A stretch of DNA of 64,000 nt from an uncultured virus (IMG/VR IMGVR_UViG_3300025032_000461) (lineage: Duplodnaviria > Heunggongvirae > Uroviricota > Caudoviricetes), in the IMG/VR virus record IMGVR_UViG_3300025032_000461; one strand, written 5' to 3'. Below, in pieces: positions 31,598 through 41,746 of this stretch (within the stretch, counting starts at the first letter, position 1; every line of letters starts with the position of its first letter). A model generated the notes under the pieces. The model was not told where the DNA came from and made no database searches. It saw only the letters and a list, made by a program, of their open reading frames with translations. A program made the translations under genes and the position numbers.

Positions 31598-31753
31598 TTT
31601 TTCTCACTATAATGTAAAATATTTTATCATTTATTATCCCATTTTTTAGATTATATGTCAACTTTTTAATATTTTTTTACCACCTTGTATTGACTTATAT
31701 CCCTATATAAATTATATTTATAACTTAGATACAATTATTTAAGGAATTATTTT

Positions 31754-31801
31754 ATGAGCCTAAGCATTCAATTAATGAATACCACGACCACAACAACCTA
31801 G
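31754..31801 (+). CDS. threonine-rich leader peptide MSLSIQLMNTTTTTT
   Basis: AAGGA RBS; six consecutive Thr codons; upstream of thrS. Confidence 0.85.
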   Translation: MSLSIQLMNTTTTTT

Positions 31802-31864
31802 TTTGTTGTGTTGGTTGCTTATTAAATAATTAAGACTAACATGATATATGTTAGTCTTTTTTTT
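31781..31864 (+). promoter_or_regulatory. ribosome-mediated transcription attenuator
   Basis: 1:2 ACCACAACAAC with GTTTGTTGTGTTGGT; 2:3 GTTGGT..CTTA with TAAG-ACTAAC; 3:4 terminator AAGACTAACAT/ATGTTAGTCTT plus T-run. Confidence 0.85.
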
Positions 31865-31947
31865 ACCCGCATATATCTGCTAGTTTACTTTAACAATATT
31901 AGTTTTATACCTTTTACTTCTTAAATTAAATACTCAGGAGATATACT

Positions 31948-33144
31948 ATGAAAAATGAACACAGAAAAATCGCAAATGACCTAAACCTTTTTAAATTATC
32001 AGATTATTCATCTGGCATGATTGTTTGGCTTCCAAAAGGACAAAAAATATATCAGTCAATTGAGAATTATTTACGAGAAATTCAAATCAATTATAATTAT
32101 ATTGAGGTTAAAAGCCCAATAATAGCCAATAGTGAGTTATGGAAAAAATCAGGTCACTTAGATAATTTCAAGAACAATATGTTTTTTTTAGAAAACAACC
32201 AAGGTGACGATAGCAATATGGCTATTAAGCCAATGAACTGTCCTTTTCATATTGACATATTTAAGCACCTAAATTATTCATACAAAGACCTTCCTATCAG
32301 AATGAGTGAGTTTGGTTTATGCCATCGTAATGAGCCTTCTGGCTCCCTTAATGGCTTATTTAGGTTGCGCAGTTTTAACCAAGATGATGGGCATATCTTT
32401 TGTAAAAAAGATCAAATAGGATCAGAACTAATATTATTCATTAATATGGTCTATGAAATTTATCTAAAGTTTGGTTTCAAAAAAGAACAAATTTCTATAA
32501 AACTAGCATTTAGACCAGAAAATAAAATTGGTGATGATTCTTTATGGGATCTTTCTGAAAATTATTTAAAACAGGCATTATGTGATCTTGAAATTGATTT
32601 TGAAGAACTAGTTGGTGAAGGTGCATTTTATGGACCTAAAATAGAATTTAATCTAAAAGATTCATTAAATCGAAACTGGCAGTGCGGTGTATTCCAACTA
32701 GACTTCTTGCTTGCAGAAAGACTTGGTGCTTCATTTATTAATGAAAAAGGTAATAAAGAACACCCAATAATACTTCATAGAGCTGCATTAGGCTCAATAG
32801 AGAGATTTATCGCTATTTTACTAGAACATTATAATGGAAAGCTCCCTTTATGGTTAAATCCTAACGCTATATCTATTCTACCAATTTCCAATGAACAGCA
32901 ACAATATGCATTAAAAATTCAAGAAATACTCAATAAAATAGGAGTATCAAGCTCAATTGATTTAAGTCAAGAAAAAATGGGATATAAAATTAAAAAATCT
33001 TTTAAGGATAAATCTAATCTAATGTTCATCCTAGGCAATAATGAGGTTAAAAATCAGCAAATCTCAATTAAATTAAAAGAAGATAATATAGTCATTAATA
33101 TCTCAGAACTCGAAAAATGGATAAAACACTTACTCATTCAGTAA
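31948..33144 (+). CDS. thrS: threonine--tRNA ligase lacking N-terminal TGS/editing domains
   Basis: KPMNCP, HRNEPSG, QDDGH, GAFYGPK, HRAALGSIERF; only 398 aa. Confidence 0.95.
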   Translation: MKNEHRKIANDLNLFKLSDYSSGMIVWLPKGQKIYQSIENYLREIQINYNYIEVKSPIIANSELWKKSGHLDNFKNNMFFLENNQGDDSNMAIKPMNCPFHIDIFKHLNYSYKDLPIRMSEFGLCHRNEPSGSLNGLFRLRSFNQDDGHIFCKKDQIGSELILFINMVYEIYLKFGFKKEQISIKLAFRPENKIGDDSLWDLSENYLKQALCDLEIDFEELVGEGAFYGPKIEFNLKDSLNRNWQCGVFQLDFLLAERLGASFINEKGNKEHPIILHRAALGSIERFIAILLEHYNGKLPLWLNPNAISILPISNEQQQYALKIQEILNKIGVSSSIDLSQEKMGYKIKKSFKDKSNLMFILGNNEVKNQQISIKLKEDNIVINISELEKWIKHLLIQ

Positions 33145-33326
33145 CTATTATAGTTGAATCAAAAAGTCAATACATTATTCATTTTTTACCTATTGACTTT
33201 TTAATTACAACTTGCTATATTCTTAGCATAACTAAGTAAATACTAAATTATTAGTACTTTTATATTAAATTAAAATAATAAGTTTAGGCATTATAACCTA
33301 AAAATATATTTTTTATGGAGGATATA

Positions 33327-33719
33327 ATGATCACACATAAAATTACTGACTTTCTAGATAATGATACTAATTGCGATTATGTTCGTTACTCTTGGAATAA
33401 AAATATTGAAAATGATGTTGAAGTACTAAAAAGCATTGTTTTATCAAATAATAAGCCTGCTACAATTACAATCCCTATTGATAGCCTATATATATATCAT
33501 TTTACTGACTTTACATCAGAGACTCAGGCTTCCTCGGTTATGCTACGATATGATGGTAAGGAATGGTTTATATCCATCTATTTCATTCCCACACCTATAG
33601 GTCATGAGGTTTTTAATGCTAGCGATGTTAATGCTGAAATTTCATTTGCTGTAACTGAAAGTTCTATTAATAATGCTATAAAGTTTTTTCAAATGGAATA
33701 TCAATCTGCAATCGGCTAA
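33327..33719 (+). CDS. hypothetical protein
   Basis: GGAGG RBS; first gene of a four-gene operon. Confidence 0.65.
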   Translation: MITHKITDFLDNDTNCDYVRYSWNKNIENDVEVLKSIVLSNNKPATITIPIDSLYIYHFTDFTSETQASSVMLRYDGKEWFISIYFIPTPIGHEVFNASDVNAEISFAVTESSINNAIKFFQMEYQSAIG

Positions 33720-33733
33720 CTTTGGAGTTAATA

Positions 33734-34396
33734 ATGCAAATAGAAGAAGAGCAAAAAATACGAAAAGAATATGGTTGTTTTAAAAAACGATTAGATTTTG
33801 AAGAACAAATCATTCGTCATGAAGAGATAATTCTTCAGATGGATTACGCTTATGGTTGGGCTAACCGTATGAGTTATGCCATTAGACGAAAAGTAGGTGC
33901 TGTCCTATATAAGAATCGCACACCTATTAGTTGTGGATACAATGGAACTTCCAGCGGTGAGGATAATTGCTGTGAATTTGAAGACCTTTCTGGAAACCTA
34001 ATTACCAAGGATAATGTTATTCATGCAGAGGCTAATACTCTTGATAAATTAGCTGCTTTTGGAAGTGTTACTGGTGCTCATAATGCAAGCATATTTACAA
34101 CCACTGCACCATGCATGTCTTGTGCAATTAGAATTAAAAACGTTTTAATTTCAACAGTTTACTTTACCGAAATTTACCGTAGTGTTAGTGGTATTGAACA
34201 CTTAATTAAACATGGAATAACTGTTAACCATGTTGATTTAGTTACAGAAGAAGTAACAACTATATATCAGGCAAAAGAAGATAATGATATTGATAATAAG
34301 ATTGCTTCTATTAAAAAAATTAGAGAGATGTTTGATAGTTACGCTGATGGTATTTTTCATTTTCCACAAGTCACTACTATATCCACTAGGAAATAA
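33734..34396 (+). CDS. dCMP deaminase
   Basis: KVGAV, GYNG, HAE, PCxxC. Confidence 0.88.
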   Translation: MQIEEEQKIRKEYGCFKKRLDFEEQIIRHEEIILQMDYAYGWANRMSYAIRRKVGAVLYKNRTPISCGYNGTSSGEDNCCEFEDLSGNLITKDNVIHAEANTLDKLAAFGSVTGAHNASIFTTTAPCMSCAIRIKNVLISTVYFTEIYRSVSGIEHLIKHGITVNHVDLVTEEVTTIYQAKEDNDIDNKIASIKKIREMFDSYADGIFHFPQVTTISTRK

Positions 34397-34398
34397 AA

Positions 34399-35064
34399 TT
34401 GAAAAAAAATATTTTACTTATTATTATTGCTATCCAAATAACAATATTGGCTAATTTTCTTATTTTTTTATACGACAATATTTATATTGATAATGCAACA
34501 TATTACTCTCAAGAAAATTGCAAAGTATTGTATAAATTCCCAACGGCTTATGAAATTAAAGACATTGGTATTCAGCAAACAACAATAGCAATTAATGATT
34601 GTGACAATAAAACATTCAATACTGATTCATTAATTCAAGATTTAACACAATCAGCCCTTTATGCATATAAAGTGCCTGTTACTTCTAATTTAAGGCAGTT
34701 TTATAAGTCTAATTATTTTTTCTACTATAATGGCAAGAGCATAAAAGAACTTACTGAGATTATTGAAAATTACTCTTTTATTTTTAATTCAACTCCTGCT
34801 CATTATTCTTTTAATTTATCTATTATAGATACAGATATAAAGCATAATATTATTAAAAATATGCCTACCAAAATCATAGATAAAAAGTTTAATCAAACGT
34901 TAGATGAGGTTCAAACTGAAATCTTGATTACCTTTAGGATTAAGCCTAATGATGATTTAGAGATATCATATAAATATAATAATTCTCCACAACATAAAAA
35001 AGACTTTATTTACCCTCTAATGAAAACTATGGTAAATAAAAGCAGTGCAATTAATTTAAAGTAA
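34399..35064 (+). CDS. hypothetical membrane-anchored protein
   Basis: N-terminal TM helix. Confidence 0.6.
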   Translation: MKKNILLIIIAIQITILANFLIFLYDNIYIDNATYYSQENCKVLYKFPTAYEIKDIGIQQTTIAINDCDNKTFNTDSLIQDLTQSALYAYKVPVTSNLRQFYKSNYFFYYNGKSIKELTEIIENYSFIFNSTPAHYSFNLSIIDTDIKHNIIKNMPTKIIDKKFNQTLDEVQTEILITFRIKPNDDLEISYKYNNSPQHKKDFIYPLMKTMVNKSSAINLK

Positions 35065-35076
35065 AGGGAGTATAAT

Positions 35077-36006
35077 TTGAAAAAATATAATCTTAGTAAA
35101 AAACTCATTAACTCCTTTATTAAGGCGTTTAGTTTACCTATACCCCTTATTTTAGAGCATTTTGACTATTATATTGAAATTCTTGATCCCTACTATGATA
35201 CAAAAAAGAAACTTTCTTTTTTTTACAAACTTATTGATGAAGCCCAGTTACATAATAGTAATATTGAGGAATGGTTCTTTAACTCTTCTAACAATATATA
35301 TAAAAGCATTATTAATGACATTAGTTCTAAACCTAAATATATACAATTCACTAATATGGCATTAAAAGAATTTGAAGTTAAGAGCCTTACTACTTCTAGC
35401 AGTTTATACAATAATGCACATGTAGGTAAGTTTTTTTGCTCGATTGATTTAAAAAAAGCCAATTATCAAGCCTTAAACCTTATTTCTAATGAACTTGTGT
35501 TAAACACTAAATCTTATAGAGAAATTATAGAAAAATACACTCACGAAAATTGCGTTGATTTCTTTGCCAACTCCAAAAGCATTAGACAACAAATTTTTGG
35601 AAATTTACAACCTAAAAAACAACAGAAGATACAGAAATATATATTAAATCAAGTAGTAGAACTTTTAATTGATCTTAACGTTAGTCAATGTCACATTATT
35701 TCTTGCTCGTCAGACGAAATTTGTTTTGAACTTTTAGATTATGATATTACTTCTATCAAGGACGTCATAAGCAAAAAGTTTCCCTTTGAATTTCATATTG
35801 AAACTTTTAAATTATGCCTAGTTAAGGAAGATACAACACTTTATTACAAAGAAGATACAATAGATGGTAAAATAACTTTTAAGGCCATTCCTTCTCATAA
35901 TATTTTAGAGTGCATCAAGTATATTGAAAAAAAAGAAATAGATTACCGAGATAAACTATTTCTTTTTGAAGGTCGAGTATCGTCTTTTAAGGACGATTTG
36001 CTCTAA
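35077..36006 (+). CDS. hypothetical protein (SIDLxxANY / SDEI motifs)
   Basis: 309-aa ORF, GGGAG RBS. Confidence 0.65.
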   Translation: MKKYNLSKKLINSFIKAFSLPIPLILEHFDYYIEILDPYYDTKKKLSFFYKLIDEAQLHNSNIEEWFFNSSNNIYKSIINDISSKPKYIQFTNMALKEFEVKSLTTSSSLYNNAHVGKFFCSIDLKKANYQALNLISNELVLNTKSYREIIEKYTHENCVDFFANSKSIRQQIFGNLQPKKQQKIQKYILNQVVELLIDLNVSQCHIISCSSDEICFELLDYDITSIKDVISKKFPFEFHIETFKLCLVKEDTTLYYKEDTIDGKITFKAIPSHNILECIKYIEKKEIDYRDKLFLFEGRVSSFKDDLL

Positions 36007-36778
36007 GTCTTGTTAATGTTGGCTGTTCTAATTTTTTACTATACTTTTTCCTTAATTGATCTATTACAGAATCAAGCTCATTTGGATTGTTAATTTCAGC
36101 AACTATTTGATTTAGTGCCTTATTAACTTGCTCAGTATTTAATACTGCATCGTATTGAGGCATCAAAATATTAACTGTATTTTTAGGATTTGAAGAAAAA
36201 CTTTTAGTGACTTCATCAGCCACAATATCGCTATGAATAATACGATCACCCTGAACAACAAGTAGAGGGATATCATTTAATGTTAGAATCCTGACTGTTT
36301 CTGGTTTGGACGTTGTTGCAAATATATTTCTTTCTATTTTCTTTCCTTGTTTTATAATTTCACTTAATGCATCTGCACTAGAATTAGTTGAGAACTCAGA
36401 AAGGTCTTTATTTAACAATGGTCTTTCAACCGCATCTTTTTTAGACACCATCACTTTATAGAAATCATCTTCTACGTTAGTTTTTTCCATTCTAAAATCA
36501 ATTACCTCTACTTCAACTCCATATTTTTTATTGAAATATTCTGCATTTTCTTCCAAAATTTGATATTTACCATCTTTAAATTTCGCAAAGTTCTTATCTT
36601 CTATGCACACTAAATCAAACTCCTCACCTGATTTTTGCAATGCAATAATTATATCTGATACAGAACTTACACCCGTTAACAGACTATCATCTCTAACTGC
36701 TTTTAGTGTAAATGTTTTCTCATTACCTTCCGTTAATTCTTGTTCAACATCAACAATACTTAATACATTCTTACTCAT
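35987..36778 (-). CDS. hypothetical protein
   Basis: GAGG RBS, TGTTATAAT promoter, basic tail. Confidence 0.7.
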   Translation of the reverse strand: MSKNVLSIVDVEQELTEGNEKTFTLKAVRDDSLLTGVSSVSDIIIALQKSGEEFDLVCIEDKNFAKFKDGKYQILEENAEYFNKKYGVEVEVIDFRMEKTNVEDDFYKVMVSKKDAVERPLLNKDLSEFSTNSSADALSEIIKQGKKIERNIFATTSKPETVRILTLNDIPLLVVQGDRIIHSDIVADEVTKSFSSNPKNTVNILMPQYDAVLNTEQVNKALNQIVAEINNPNELDSVIDQLRKKYSKKLEQPTLTRLRANRP

Positions 36779-36941
36779 AATAACCTCTCTATGTTTTTTT
36801 TATACTTACCTTTTATTACATTATAACATATTTTAAAAAAACTATAGTTTCAATTATATTTTATTTATTTTATTGACTTATTTCTATATATAAAGTATTA
36901 TTTTATTGTTCGTCATACATAAACAATAAAAGGATAATAAG

Positions 36942-38025
36942 ATGAAAAACCTATATGAACTTAATGAAAAAATTTCTGAATTACAAAACAACTTGTCAAC
37001 TATGATCGGCCACTGCCTTTAGCACCTCTCTCACTGAAAGGACGGAAGAACTATCCCTACTTTTAAGCCAAAATGATATCTGGACTACTCAATTACAAAA
37101 TGCAACAGAATACAGTAAAGAGCTTAGTGATATCAACTACAAAAAAAATACCTTTAACACATTACAATCAGAACTTAATTCACTAAATGAACTCACTAAA
37201 GAAAGTGAAGAATTTTATGATGTTATTTATCAAGAATTAACATTACTCACCATATCTATTGACACATTTTATAAAAAAATATTTTTAAACAGAAAACATG
37301 ATCCAAATACATGTTATCTAACAATTAAATCAGGCGTAGGTGGATTGGAGTCAATGGATTTCACAAAAATGTTACTACAAATGTATTTAAAGTATTTATC
37401 AGAAAATAACATAAAACACAGCATTGTTGATCTTAATGAAGGTGATCAAAAACTTATTAATAGTGTCACTGTTTTAATTAGCGAACCTTACGCTTACGCT
37501 TACTTTAAAAATGAAGCAGGCATACATAGATTAACAAGAGTATCACCCTTTGGTAATGGAAAGTTGCATACTTCCTTTACAGAAGTTCAAGTTCTGCCTA
37601 TTATTGGCAAAACTTCTTTTGAAATTAATAAAAAAGACCTTAGAATTGATACCTATCGAGGTAGTGGTGCTGGTGGTCAACATAGGAATAAAACTGACTC
37701 CGCTGTTAGAGTTGTTCATATACCTACTGGTATAACAACAACGTGTGAAGGAGAAAGAAGCCAACACGCCAATAAAGAAACAGCTATAAACAAACTACAC
37801 TCTGAATTAACATTGCTTTATGCTCAACAGGATAGTGACGTTAATAATTCATTTAAAAATGAACACACATCGCAATGGGGCAATCAAATAAGATCATATT
37901 TATTTAATAATAATTTAGTTAAAGACCATATTACTAACATTGAGTATAATATTCATGATTTTTTAAATGGAAATATTGGCGAAAGCATCAAACTTAAGTC
38001 TTGTTTACAAAATAATAAGTCTTAA
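36942..38025 (+). CDS. prfB: class-1 peptide chain release factor, RF2-like, needing a +1 frameshift at CTT-TAG (37017-37022); about 360 aa
   Basis: 26-codon ORF MKNLYE...GHCL-TAG with AAGGA RBS; +1 frame open from 37021 (...SQNDIW...GVGGLESMDF...SPF...GAGGQH...WGNQIRSY). Confidence 0.9.
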
Positions 38026-38031
38026 TCTATC

Positions 38032-38063
38032 AAAAACACCATTTAAGTAAATGGTGTTTTTTT
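38032..38063 (+). terminator. intrinsic terminator
   Basis: aaaacaccattta-ag-taaatggtgttttttt. Confidence 0.8.
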
Positions 38064-38124
38064 CGTTGACTTATAAGACTAGTTATTTTATAATATTTTA
38101 TTAAATTAATAGTGAGGCTATAAG

Positions 38125-39456
38125 ATGGAAAAGATATTGAGAGTTGAAACACTTTTTGGGACAGTCACCAAAGTTCAAGATGCCTCACACATTGCTAAAG
38201 AGAAAACAATTAATAATATTAAAGTTTTTAAAATAAAAAGCGTATTAAATGACAACAATATTTTTATTGGATTCGGACGACCTAATGTCTTTATCGCCAT
38301 TCCAAGTGAAGAAGGCTATAAAAAGGTTGATGCAAAGTCAATTAAACGCAAAAAAACCTCAATTATTGACACTCGTGGATTTGTTCAATCTGGTTTAATA
38401 TTCTCAATTGACCACTCAACAGACGATATGCTTAATCGAATTAATATTGCAGCACAATCATTTGTCGGTTCTAAACATTGGACTTGCGTTAATGCTAACT
38501 GTCGAATTCTTAATCGAGCTGGCTTTACTAGTGGACATAAAGATTTGTCTTCATTTTATTTCCCTATGCCACTTGCAAGACATATTATTAAGTATGGACT
38601 TGAATATAATGGTAAACCAGTTCAATACTCTATTATAAAAACAACACAAAATTATCTTGAAAATTTTGGCTTATCAGTTATTAAAGCGCAATGGCTAACT
38701 TTATATCGTCATGGTCGTATTTTGGTTCAAAAAAATAAATTTCTTAATAATATTAATAATGTAAAACACACTATTTTAAACAAACTATTTAAAAACAAAA
38801 AAAATAACAAAGTTGGTAAAATAGAAGATGTTGTGACTAATTTCCCTGAAAATATTAAGTCTGGCTCTTTTTTTGAACTTACTGTTAGTAAACCTAGAAA
38901 AATGGGATTGCTTGGACGTTTTATTTGGGGACCTCACGTATTCTTTGAAATAAATCAAGACAAAGAAATTATTAATAATGCACTTCCCAATAAATTGACT
39001 GCCTACAAAGCAAAAGAGAAAAATATTTTCAATTTTATTAAGAAAAATATTTTATTTTCAAAACCTGTTATTTCTTTTATTCGCTCAATATTAATTAAAG
39101 ATCGAGAGTTAATTCCAAATTGTTCAGAAAAAGAGCTTTACAATATGATCCGAACTAACTCTAATACAAAGCCACACAAATATAACCTAGTGATCACAGA
39201 TACACAAATTTCAGTCATTAAAATTGATATAAAATACAAAGCTATTGATTGGATATTAAGTAAACACGTTTTACTCTCTGGTTACTCCAATGAAGTTAGA
39301 TTTGCTGGTGAATTCTGGAAAGACCCTAATGGCAATATTTATTTTAATAACAATTCAGGAACATATGCTCCTTGCAATAATACACTTTCAGAGGTTGATG
39401 TTTTATTAAAAAATATTTTCCCAAATATTAACATTATTTCGATTCCTTTTGAGTAA
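38125..39456 (+). CDS. hypothetical protein with C-terminal KH..AGE..NNSGTY.P domain
   Basis: 443-aa ORF, GAGG RBS. Confidence 0.7.
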   Translation: MEKILRVETLFGTVTKVQDASHIAKEKTINNIKVFKIKSVLNDNNIFIGFGRPNVFIAIPSEEGYKKVDAKSIKRKKTSIIDTRGFVQSGLIFSIDHSTDDMLNRINIAAQSFVGSKHWTCVNANCRILNRAGFTSGHKDLSSFYFPMPLARHIIKYGLEYNGKPVQYSIIKTTQNYLENFGLSVIKAQWLTLYRHGRILVQKNKFLNNINNVKHTILNKLFKNKKNNKVGKIEDVVTNFPENIKSGSFFELTVSKPRKMGLLGRFIWGPHVFFEINQDKEIINNALPNKLTAYKAKEKNIFNFIKKNILFSKPVISFIRSILIKDRELIPNCSEKELYNMIRTNSNTKPHKYNLVITDTQISVIKIDIKYKAIDWILSKHVLLSGYSNEVRFAGEFWKDPNGNIYFNNNSGTYAPCNNTLSEVDVLLKNIFPNINIISIPFE

Positions 39457-39533
39457 AATTATATATTGATTATTTAAATTAAATGTATTATAATGAAATA
39501 GTATTATCTTTAAATGAAAAAATGGAGAGTAAA

Positions 39534-39692
39534 ATGGAAAATATTATTGCAGAATTTACATTATTTACTGGAGGCACTTGTACTGAAAAATTTGACAACC
39601 CTTTTGAATTTGACTCTTATTTTTCCGACAATAAACATTTATTTTCTGGTTTTAAAATTATAGAATCTGTAAAAGTTAAGGAAATCAGTTAA
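39534..39692 (+). CDS. small hypothetical protein
   Basis: GGAG RBS; ORF track frame. Confidence 0.5.
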   Translation: MENIIAEFTLFTGGTCTEKFDNPFEFDSYFSDNKHLFSGFKIIESVKVKEIS

Positions 39693-39759
39693 TTAGCTTC
39701 AGTTCTTGCAAAGTATTAAAAATGTGATATAATAATCACAAGAATATAAGGAATAAAAC

Positions 39760-40116
39760 ATGACGTCTTTTAAAGATAAATTTCAATCATATAATAAAAT
39801 AACAAGATTATTTAGCATATTAGCATTAATGGGAATACTATCTTCATTTTCATTATTTTACATAATTTTCTACTTCACCATTATTGCATTAGGGGTAAAG
39901 TCAGTATATCTTTGTTACCAACTCCTTATTGAAGACAATAACTTAATGGAAGACAATGACTCTATTTTCTCTCAAGATAATTTTGATAGTGGCAAAGATG
40001 AGTTCAATATCTTATTTTTCATTACTTTACTAACTTCCATTATTATTATGTCTCCAATAATTTTCGTCTCACTACTTATTATATATTTTACAAAATCATT
40101 ATTTATTAAGAAATAA
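39760..40116 (+). CDS. small membrane protein
   Basis: Two long hydrophobic stretches. Confidence 0.65.
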   Translation: MTSFKDKFQSYNKITRLFSILALMGILSSFSLFYIIFYFTIIALGVKSVYLCYQLLIEDNNLMEDNDSIFSQDNFDSGKDEFNILFFITLLTSIIIMSPIIFVSLLIIYFTKSLFIKK

Positions 40117-40117
40117 T

Positions 40118-40735
40118 ATGACTATATGTATGCGTTGTCGAGTTGACGATAAAAAATATTCATTCAAAGAAATTCCAGACCGATTTTATTGCGATTGTAA
40201 TGTTCATATTGCAAATAAGGCTATTGAATTTCAACTATCTAGAAAGCAAGCAGAGGATTCATTCTTTGATGAACTTAATGATTTTAATAAATTTGAAAAA
40301 TTTGAAAAATTTAAAGAAAAACAAAACTTACAAGATGAATATAGTTTTGACTTCGAAGATTACTCCGACATTAATGATTTTACCCCACTTTTAGAAACCA
40401 AGGGCAATAATGCCTATAAAAATAGTTTTTCAAAAGCTGAAAATCTTAATTTTAAAAATAAAGAAAACCTTTCTTATATTGATACAACTCTTGTTGTTTA
40501 TAAAATTATATCATTATTTCCACTAGAGAAATCTTATAAAATTCGTCAAAAACAAGAGGACTCTATTAAATCATTAATTCTTGATTTTCACTTTAAACAA
40601 AATAAAAAAGAAGATCAATTAATTAATAATAACACACCCTTAAAAATCAAGACAAATAAATTAAAAACTACCGTCATTAAAGAAAGAAAGTGTGACTATA
40701 AATCAAAAGTTACTGCAAAGGTATTAACAATATGA
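40118..40735 (+). CDS. hypothetical protein with N-terminal CxxC...CxC
   Basis: CMRC / CDC. Confidence 0.55.
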   Translation: MTICMRCRVDDKKYSFKEIPDRFYCDCNVHIANKAIEFQLSRKQAEDSFFDELNDFNKFEKFEKFKEKQNLQDEYSFDFEDYSDINDFTPLLETKGNNAYKNSFSKAENLNFKNKENLSYIDTTLVVYKIISLFPLEKSYKIRQKQEDSIKSLILDFHFKQNKKEDQLINNNTPLKIKTNKLKTTVIKERKCDYKSKVTAKVLTI

Positions 40736-41187
40736 ATAAAATATTTAGTTTACTTAATTACAAAAATAATAAACAAGAGGGATTTTCATATAATTCGTTC
40801 AAAAAAGAAGTTGACTTAAAGATACTTGTTGAGCGAAAAAATACAAAAAAATTCATTAATGATATAATTAAAAATATAGACAATGTTAGTCATCAAAATT
40901 CTAAATTAATTCAATATAGAGCTAACCTTAATTTGCGTAATAACTTAAATAATAATAGAGAAAAATTTAAGAATGAACTTAATTTTATTACAAAAAAAGA
41001 CTTTAATAAAAAAAATGAAAATAACAAAAAATGTCCAACCAATGAATCACTTTTGAGTGATATTTTTTCAGCAAAACATAATAACGTGCATAGTTATATG
41101 GACGAAGACCAATTAATATTAAGGTTAAATAAAAATAAGCACAAAAATATAAATAAAAAAATTAAATTCAAAGTAATTACAATATAA
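40732..41187 (+). CDS. hypothetical Lys/Asn-rich protein
   Basis: ATGA overlap with the upstream gene. Confidence 0.5.
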   Translation: MNKIFSLLNYKNNKQEGFSYNSFKKEVDLKILVERKNTKKFINDIIKNIDNVSHQNSKLIQYRANLNLRNNLNNNREKFKNELNFITKKDFNKKNENNKKCPTNESLLSDIFSAKHNNVHSYMDEDQLILRLNKNKHKNINKKIKFKVITI

Positions 41188-41243
41188 TGCTTTATTTTTA
41201 ATCTTACTTATTTATTAATATATATCGATATGGAGAAAATTAA

Positions 41244-41675
41244 ATGACTGTCATAAAGAAAGAAACTAAAACGGAAGATCTTAGTGATTACAACAAAATA
41301 TATGCCATATCATATGATGGGTATGTTCAATCTTATTTAAATCCATTAAAAATTGAGGCTTCTGCCATTATTGAGGATAGTGAGCAATATTTAGCATTAA
41401 AGCAAGCTGAAATTACTGAATTAAAAATATTTCAGAAAATGGAAATAACAACAAATGAAACACACCTTATAAAGCTTGATCATTTATATGAAAAAAACAA
41501 GTTTCACCTTCAAAGATTATGGAATAAACCAGAAGATATCACTCAACACAAATTTTGGCTGGCACCTCAATGTCAATGTCCAAAATCACACAATGAATCT
41601 ATTTTTCCAAGCAAAAGCTATATCATTAGCGAAAATTGCCTAATTCACAGACACAGACTTTTTAAAATCACTTAA
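41244..41675 (+). CDS. hypothetical phage-type protein
   Basis: LQxLW...HKFW..P.CQCPK..N...C.IH motif. Confidence 0.65.
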   Translation: MTVIKKETKTEDLSDYNKIYAISYDGYVQSYLNPLKIEASAIIEDSEQYLALKQAEITELKIFQKMEITTNETHLIKLDHLYEKNKFHLQRLWNKPEDITQHKFWLAPQCQCPKSHNESIFPSKSYIISENCLIHRHRLFKIT

Positions 41676-41746
41676 AACCTACACTAACAGGAGAAAAGTA
41701 GGCTTATTTTTTTTTACATTAATTAAAAACCTACTTAAAAAAAACT

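Noticed and set aside
37345..38025. ORF-track 226-aa release factor starting at TTG 37345
   Set aside because: The frame is open and RF2-like from 37021; the true start is 36942 via frameshift.
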